A stretch of 64,000 bases of DNA from an uncultured delta proteobacterium (GTDB lineage: Bacteria > Myxococcota > UBA727 > VGSZ01): NCBI GenBank assembly GCA_963775425.1, contig CAVZJB010000017.1, positions 256,001 through 320,000 of the forward strand, read 5' to 3'. The position numbers and the translations under genes are program-made. Within the stretch, counting starts at the first letter, position 1. The number at the start of each line of letters is the position of its first letter. Below the pieces are notes generated by a model. That model worked only from the letters and a program-made list of their open reading frames with translations, did no database searches and was not told the DNA's origin. Of this stretch, positions 57,952 through 64,000 are shown in pieces.

Positions 57952-59865
57952 ATGGATTACACGCTGCGCGAACGCCTTCACTATCGCTTCGACAACCTGC
58001 TGGCGCGGGGGACCGTGGCGCTCGTGCTCGCGCTCGCCATGGTGAGCGCCGTGGTCATCGGGCTCATCGCCGCCGTCGTCGTCGTCAGCGGCGCACGACC
58101 CGCGGAGGCGCAGGAGCCGCTCGGCTTCGGCGAGGCCGCCTGGGAGAGCCTGATGCGCACGCTCGACCCGGGCACCATGGGCGGCGACACCGGGGCGCTC
58201 TTTCGCACGCTGATGTTCGTCATCACCATCTTCGGCGTCTTCGTCATCTCCACGCTCATCGGCATCCTGGCCAACGGCCTCGAGGGACGCATCGAGCAAT
58301 TGCGCAAGGGGCGCTCGCGCGTCGTCGAGCTCGACCACTCCGTCATCCTCGGGTGGTCGGAGCAGGTGTTCCCCATCGTCACCGAGCTCATCGAGGCCAA
58401 CGTCTCCCGGCGGGGCCGCGGCGCGTGCGTGGTGATCCTCGGCGACATGGACAAGACCGACATGGACGACGCCGTGCGCGAGGCCTTCCCGGACTCGCGC
58501 GGCACGCGCATCGTGTGTCGCACGGGCAGCGGCATCGAGTCCGGCGACCTGCGCATCGCCGGCATCGACAGTGCGCGCTCCATCGTCATCGTGGCGCCGC
58601 AGAAGAACGGCGCCCCCGCCGAAGACCCGGACGTCGAGGTCATCAAGACCATCCTGGCCATCACCAACAACCCCGCGCGCAAGAAGGGCCGCTATCACAT
58701 CGTCGCGGAGATCCGTGATCCCAGGAACTTCGAGGTGGCGCAGATGGTGGGCAAGGACGAGGTGGAGCTCGTCCTCGTCGGCGACCTCATCGCGCGCATC
58801 GCGGCGCAGGCGTGCCGGCAGTCCGGCCTGTCCGTCGTGTACCAGGAGATGCTCGATTTCTCTGGTGACGAGATCTACTTCACCGAGCAGCCCCCTCTCG
58901 CCGGCAAGACGTACGGCGACGCGCTGTTCGCGTTCGACACCAGCGCGCTCCTCGGCGTGCGCCCACGCGCGGGCATCCCCATCCTGAACCCGCCGCCGGA
59001 TACGCCCATCAACGCCGGCGACAAGCTCATCGTCCTCGCCGAGGACGACGACAAGATCTTCCTGCAGCAGACGCAAAAGCCGGAGCCGGACCACATCGCG
59101 CTCCACGAAGAGCCGGCGCGGAAGCCGGAGCGTACGCTCCTCCTCGGTTGGAACTGGCGGGCGCCGCATGTCATCAACGAGCTCGACGCGTACGTCGCTG
59201 CCGGCTCGAGCATCCACGTCGTCGCCGACTCCGCCGACGCCGGCGACGTGCTGGCCGAGCGCTGCGGCGGCTTGCAGCGCCAGACGCTCTCGTTCCAACG
59301 CGGCGACACCACCGACCGCCGCACGCTCGACGCGCTGCGCATCGAGACGTACGACCACGCCATCGTCCTGTGTTACTCGGACATGCTCGAGGCGCAGAAG
59401 GCCGACGCCGCCACGCTCATCACGCTCCTCCACCTGCGCGACATCTCCGACAAGACCAGGAAGCGAGTCCCCGTCGTCAGCGAGATGCTCGACATCAACA
59501 ACCGCGCCCTCGCGGAGGTCACCCGCGCCGACGACTTCATCGTCAGCGACCGCCTCGTGAGCCAGATGCTGAGCCAGATCTCGGAGAACAAGGAGCTGAA
59601 CATGGTGTTCCAGCAGCTCTTCTCTCCCGAGGGCTCCGAGATCTATCTGCGCCCCGCGTCGCTCTACGTGAAGCTCGGCGTGCCGGTGCGCTACGCCACG
59701 GTCGTGGCGGCGGCGTCCAAGAAGGAGCACACCGCCGTGGGCTTCCGGCTGGCGAAGTTCCAGAACGACGCCGACAAGGCGTACGGCGTGAAGGTGAACC
59801 CCAGGAAGAGCGAGACCATCACGTTCGGTCCGCACGACACCATCATCGTTCTCGCCGAGGAGTGA
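57952..59865 (+). CDS. CASTOR/POLLUX-like ion channel (TM + RCK domains)
   Basis: LHYRFDNLLARGT, TLDPGTMGGD filter, LRKGRSRVVE, QSGLSVVY, EGSEIY, GVKVNP. Confidence 0.9.
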   Translation: MDYTLRERLHYRFDNLLARGTVALVLALAMVSAVVIGLIAAVVVVSGARPAEAQEPLGFGEAAWESLMRTLDPGTMGGDTGALFRTLMFVITIFGVFVISTLIGILANGLEGRIEQLRKGRSRVVELDHSVILGWSEQVFPIVTELIEANVSRRGRGACVVILGDMDKTDMDDAVREAFPDSRGTRIVCRTGSGIESGDLRIAGIDSARSIVIVAPQKNGAPAEDPDVEVIKTILAITNNPARKKGRYHIVAEIRDPRNFEVAQMVGKDEVELVLVGDLIARIAAQACRQSGLSVVYQEMLDFSGDEIYFTEQPPLAGKTYGDALFAFDTSALLGVRPRAGIPILNPPPDTPINAGDKLIVLAEDDDKIFLQQTQKPEPDHIALHEEPARKPERTLLLGWNWRAPHVINELDAYVAAGSSIHVVADSADAGDVLAERCGGLQRQTLSFQRGDTTDRRTLDALRIETYDHAIVLCYSDMLEAQKADAATLITLLHLRDISDKTRKRVPVVSEMLDINNRALAEVTRADDFIVSDRLVSQMLSQISENKELNMVFQQLFSPEGSEIYLRPASLYVKLGVPVRYATVVAAASKKEHTAVGFRLAKFQNDADKAYGVKVNPRKSETITFGPHDTIIVLAEE

Positions 59866-59869
59866 GCCC

Positions 59870-61801
59870 ATGCACAGCGACGACGCCTACCTGCAAGCCC
59901 TCGCCCGCCGCTTCCCGTCGCGCGAGTCCGCGCTCGCCGAGATCGCCCACCTGAAGAGCGTGCTGGTGTTGCCCAAGGGCGCCGTTCACGTGGTCAGCGA
60001 CGTGCACGGCGAGGACAAGAAGCTCAGCCACATCATCCGGAACGCGAGCGGCCGCCTGCGCACGCTCGTCGACGAGCTGTTCGGTGAGCGCCTCTCCGCA
60101 GACGAGCGCCGTGAGCTGCTCACGCTCGTCTACTACGTGCGCGAGAGCTGGATGCACCTCGGCGTCTCCGACAAGCCGCGCGAAGAGCGCGCCCGCTGGC
60201 TGTCGACGCGCCTGTCGTGGATGCGCGACCTCATCCGCACGCTCGCCGAGGGGCACACCGCGCGCGCCGTGGAGCGCATCTATCCGGCGCCCTATGAGGA
60301 GCTGTTCCGCGAGATCGTCACGTTCTCCGGCGGCGTACACCGCGACGACGCGTACCTGCAGGCGCTGCTCGAGCCGTTCGTGGACCGCGGACAGGGCCTC
60401 GACCTCCTGCGCCTCGCGAGCCGCATCGTGCGCAACCTCTCGGTGCACGAGCTCGTCGTGGCCGGCGACCTCGGCGATCGCGGTCCGCGCCTCGACCGCG
60501 TGATCTCCATCCTGATGAAGCAGCCCAACGTCTCCATCGTGTGGGGCAACCACGACGCCGCATGGATGGGGGCGTGCCTCGGGCAGGAGGCGCTCATCGC
60601 CACCGTCGTCCGGGTGAGCCTGCGCTACCGACGCCTCTCGCAGCTCGAGGAGGGGTTCGGCATCACCATGGCACCGGTGGAGCGCCTCGCGCGGGACGTC
60701 TACGGCGACGACCCCGCCGACCGCTTCGAGTGCAAGGGCACGGGCCTGCGCGACGCATGGCTCATGGCGCGCATGCAGAAGGCCATGGCCATCCTCCAGT
60801 TCAAGCTCGAGGCGCAGGCCGCGGCGCGCAACCCCGAGATGGAGCTCGGTCATCGCTGCCTGCTGCGCAACGTCGACACCGAGAAGGGCACGGTGACCAT
60901 CGACGGCAAGGTGTACGAGCTGCGCGACCCGCGGATGCCCACGCTCGATCCGGACAACCCCGACAAGCTGAGCCCGGAGGAGCAGCGCTGCATCGATCGC
61001 CTCAAGCAGTCCTTCCTGGCGAGCCCGCAGCTCTGGCGCGCCATGCAGTTCGTGCGCGGGCGGGGCTGCATGCTGCTCGCGCGGGACCAGAACCTCATCT
61101 TCCATGGCTGCGTTCCCGTCGACGACAAGGGCGCGCTCCTGACCTTCCCCGTCGACGGCGAAGCGCTCGCGGGCAAGGCGCTCCTCGAGGGCTTCGAGCG
61201 CGTGGTGCATCGGGCGTTCCGCGAGAAGCGCGAGAAGGACCTCGACGTCCTCTGGTACCTCTGGACGGGCGCGCGCTCGCCGCTGTTCGGCAAAGACAAG
61301 ATGGCCACGTTCGAGAGCTATCTCGTCGCCGACGACGCCGCGAAGAAGGAGAACAAGAACCCCTACTTCAAGCTGCAGAACGAGGTGGCGTTCTGCGATG
61401 CGATCTTCGAGGAGCTCGGCGGGGATCCCAAGGTGGGCTTCATCGTCAACGGCCACGTGCCCGTGAAGGTCGAAAAGGGCGAGGAGCCTTTGAAGAAGAG
61501 CGGGCGCGCCGTGACCATCGACGGCGCGTTCAGCGAGGCCTACGGCGACCGCGGCTACACGCTCATCCTCGACGCGCACCGTACGGCGCTCGCGGAGCAC
61601 CACCACTTCGACTCGGTGGAGGCGGCGGTGGCGTCGGGCGCGGACATCGTCCCCAAGGTCACGGACCTCCGCCGCTTCGACAAAGTGCGGCTCGTCGCGG
61701 ACACCGAGACCGGTGCCCGTATCGCCAAGGAGATCGGGGCCCTCGAGGCGCTCATCCGCGCCTACGAAGAAAACCGCCTCCTGGAGACCGCCCCCGTCTG
61801 A
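59870..61801 (+). CDS. Fructose-1,6-bisphosphatase class III
   Basis: LPKG..HVVSDVHGE, GDLGDRG, WGNHD, FHGCVP, SPLFGKDKMATFE, NGHVPVK, IDGAFS.AY. Confidence 0.92.
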   Translation: MHSDDAYLQALARRFPSRESALAEIAHLKSVLVLPKGAVHVVSDVHGEDKKLSHIIRNASGRLRTLVDELFGERLSADERRELLTLVYYVRESWMHLGVSDKPREERARWLSTRLSWMRDLIRTLAEGHTARAVERIYPAPYEELFREIVTFSGGVHRDDAYLQALLEPFVDRGQGLDLLRLASRIVRNLSVHELVVAGDLGDRGPRLDRVISILMKQPNVSIVWGNHDAAWMGACLGQEALIATVVRVSLRYRRLSQLEEGFGITMAPVERLARDVYGDDPADRFECKGTGLRDAWLMARMQKAMAILQFKLEAQAAARNPEMELGHRCLLRNVDTEKGTVTIDGKVYELRDPRMPTLDPDNPDKLSPEEQRCIDRLKQSFLASPQLWRAMQFVRGRGCMLLARDQNLIFHGCVPVDDKGALLTFPVDGEALAGKALLEGFERVVHRAFREKREKDLDVLWYLWTGARSPLFGKDKMATFESYLVADDAAKKENKNPYFKLQNEVAFCDAIFEELGGDPKVGFIVNGHVPVKVEKGEEPLKKSGRAVTIDGAFSEAYGDRGYTLILDAHRTALAEHHHFDSVEAAVASGADIVPKVTDLRRFDKVRLVADTETGARIAKEIGALEALIRAYEENRLLETAPV

Positions 61802-61909
61802 GCGCGGTCATGGGGTGCGCCGGCGGCTTGGGGCGCACCGACCGTGAGCGCTGTCACCTCCGCGCCCGCGCGCGACACGGATCCCGGCTGCTGCCGCCAA
61901 CCCGCGCGC

Positions 61910-62512
61910 ATGTTGTTCTTCGCGCTCGCGCTCGCGTCCGTTTCGCCCAACCCGCCCGTCGTCGATGACGGCGCGCCCGCCGGCGGCGTCGACGACGTCG
62001 TCCGCACGTACGCGTGGCCCGGGACCTCCGTGGGGCCACGCTTCACCGACGGCGGCACGGCGCTCGGCTCGCTCGGCATCTCGTACCGGCTGAACGACTG
62101 GATCGAGCCCGAGGCGTTCGTCGGCATGGGGCTGCACGGCTTCGACGACATCCAGGTCATCGATCGCTTCAGCTTCGGCTCGCGCTTCGTGCTCCCGGTC
62201 GACGGCCTGCGCCCGTTCCTCTGGCTCGCCTTGCACCACGAGCACCAGGCGCAGTGGGGCGCCGTGCTGAAGAACCCAGTCGGCGCCAGCCTCGGCATCA
62301 GCGCGGTCGGCGTGGCGCACTATACCGGCGCAGAAGCCGGCGTCGGCGTCGCCGTCCCCGTGCCCATCGACGGAAACCCGTTTCAAGCGCTCGTGCGCGT
62401 GAACGTCGTGTACCTCCCCGCGTTCGGCGGCGAGGTCGCCGGCGGCGCGCAGATGAAGGACCAGCTCGCCCTCCTCGTCGACATCGCCGGCGGCGTGCCT
62501 CTGCGCTTCTGA
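61910..62512 (+). CDS. Hypothetical outer-membrane beta-barrel-like protein
   Basis: Short signal-like N-terminus, alternating beta strands, terminal Phe (VPLRF). Confidence 0.55.
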   Translation: MLFFALALASVSPNPPVVDDGAPAGGVDDVVRTYAWPGTSVGPRFTDGGTALGSLGISYRLNDWIEPEAFVGMGLHGFDDIQVIDRFSFGSRFVLPVDGLRPFLWLALHHEHQAQWGAVLKNPVGASLGISAVGVAHYTGAEAGVGVAVPVPIDGNPFQALVRVNVVYLPAFGGEVAGGAQMKDQLALLVDIAGGVPLRF

Positions 62513-62550
62513 GCGCCGTCGCGTGCGCCGCCGCCGCGTATACTCGCGCC

Positions 62551-63252
62551 GTGGAGATCGAAGCGCTCCCGCGGTGGGATGTCGACCGGGTGCGCGTCGA
62601 CGTCGACGCGCTCGCGGCCTGGGTGCTCGGCGCCGCGCGCCAGGTCGACCGGCGCGTGACCGACCTCGCGTCGCTCCACGAGGCGCTCGCCCCCGCCAAG
62701 GCGCGCGCGCTTGCCGAGCGCTTGACGCGTCAGAGCGCCGAGCGGGCGCCGCGCGCGTTGTTGCGCCGCGCCGTGAACGAGGCGCTCGCGCAGGACGAAG
62801 CGCTCGCGAAGCGCGCGGCGAGCCTCTGGGTGCAGCGCGTCGGCGTCGTGCGCATCCTCGTCCCCGGCGACGACGAGGCGCCGCTGCCACTGCACGCGGA
62901 TATTCGCCTCGGGCACGCCCCCGACGAGCGCAACCTGTGGATCGCGCTCACCGATGCGCGGGCCTCGGCCGCGCTGCAGGCGATCGACCTCGCGCCGTCG
63001 CTGGCGATCCTCGCCCGCTCGGCGAGCGCCTTCTTCGACCGTGACGACAACATCCGCGCCGCCGCCCGCGCGCGGCCCGTGCGCCGGGGTGACGCGCTCT
63101 GGTTCACGGCGTCGCACGTCCACGGCGCCACCGTGAACCGCACGAGCGCGACGCGCGTCTCCATCGACATCCGCCTGGCGCCGCACGCGCGCCGCGGGCA
63201 CCGGCTCCGCACCGGCGCGGTCTTCGTCCCCCTCGCGGCGGTGCCATCGTGA
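62551..63252 (+). CDS. 2OG-Fe(II)/PhyH-like dioxygenase
   Basis: LHAD, NLWIALT, HGATVN.T..TRVSIDIR. Confidence 0.75.
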   Translation: MEIEALPRWDVDRVRVDVDALAAWVLGAARQVDRRVTDLASLHEALAPAKARALAERLTRQSAERAPRALLRRAVNEALAQDEALAKRAASLWVQRVGVVRILVPGDDEAPLPLHADIRLGHAPDERNLWIALTDARASAALQAIDLAPSLAILARSASAFFDRDDNIRAAARARPVRRGDALWFTASHVHGATVNRTSATRVSIDIRLAPHARRGHRLRTGAVFVPLAAVPS

Positions 63253-64000
63253 CGCCCCGCATCCAGATCGGACCGGCGTTCGTCGACGCGCTCCCCGCCG
63301 TCGTCGACGACATCGCGCGCGTGCGGGGCGTGACCGCGGGCCCCGACGGCGGCCGGCTCGTCGACGTCGCCGCCGCGGACATCCCCGATGTCCCCGAGGA
63401 GCACGCCGTCGGCGCGGAGCTCGCCGTCACGGCCAACGCGAGGAGCCGCAGCGTCGCCAAGGTCCTGAGCGTCGGCCGCGCCTCCTTCGACGGCGGCGAG
63501 CGCCTCGTCTGGGTTCAAGACGCCGTCCTCGGCGTCACCTTCGAGGCGCTCGAGGACAAGATGCGCGCCGTTCAGGGCCGCGTCTCCCCCGGCGTCGCCC
63601 TCGCGCTCGCCGCCGACGTCGCGGCCGCGTTGGTCGACGCCGCCGCAGCGCCCGTCGGCGACCTCGCCCGCATGGATCTCTCGTGGCGCTCCTTCACCGC
63701 TTGCTGGGACGGCGTCGCGCGCACGCACCTCGATCCAGGGTTCGACTATCGACGCATGTCGGCGATCACGCCGGGGCTCCTGCAAGGACAGATGTGGGCG
63801 TTGACCCCGGAAGAGCTGATGGGCCTCCCGCTGGACGAGCGCCACCTGGTGTACTTGATCGGCCTGGCCGCCCACCGCCTGCTCGCCGGGCGGCACCCGT
63901 TCCCGTACGACGGCCCCGTCTTCGACGTCGTGCGCGCCGTCCTCGACGGCGGGGGCCGCGATGTCCTCGCCGCCGCGCGGCCCGACATCCCCGAAGCGAT
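63249..64000 (+). CDS. Ser/Thr protein kinase-like (probable pseudokinase), 3'-truncated
   Basis: GTGA overlap; open to the window end; VAKVL, RMDLS, LDPG, LTPEE, VYLIG..LLAGRHPF kinase-lobe remnants. Confidence 0.65.
   Translation, partial: MTPRIQIGPAFVDALPAVVDDIARVRGVTAGPDGGRLVDVAAADIPDVPEEHAVGAELAVTANARSRSVAKVLSVGRASFDGGERLVWVQDAVLGVTFEALEDKMRAVQGRVSPGVALALAADVAAALVDAAAAPVGDLARMDLSWRSFTACWDGVARTHLDPGFDYRRMSAITPGLLQGQMWALTPEELMGLPLDERHLVYLIGLAAHRLLAGRHPFPYDGPVFDVVRAVLDGGGRDVLAAARPDIPEA

Overview
Very GC-rich bacterial chromosomal window of about 45 genes. It looks myxobacterial (Myxococcota-like): a MYXO-CTERM-tailed S8 protease, cysteine-rich CGNG/CDDGN repeats, FHA proteins and a Ser/Thr kinase-like gene. 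I see no rRNA, tRNA or CRISPR array, and the only mobile-element trace is a decayed IS1182-like fragment. Recognisable loci are a TPM pair, a TetR gene divergent from an SH3/C39-like peptidase with a visible double operator, alpha-2-macroglobulin-pbpC, a TrmH methyltransferase, a MutH-like endonuclease, yggX, AsmA, a minimal eutB-eutC-eutL locus, an AddAB-like helicase-nuclease pair, a second TPR-bearing alpha-2-macroglobulin, a CASTOR/POLLUX-like channel and a class III FBPase. Two candidate uncharacterised systems stand out. (1) 17.8-23.3 kb: a Macro-SIR2 fusion plus an FHA gene, divergent from an nrtR-SPFH-NAD-kinase-like-2OG-oxygenase operon, which could form an ADP-ribose/NAD signalling or defence circuit. 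(2) 36.3-39.8 kb: a tightly coupled small PC4-like protein, a KaiC/RAD55-type RecA-fold ATPase with a P/Q/G/M low-complexity N-terminus, and an ATP-dependent DNA ligase, which could be an undescribed DNA-repair module. All family calls come from motifs read by eye; no searches were run.
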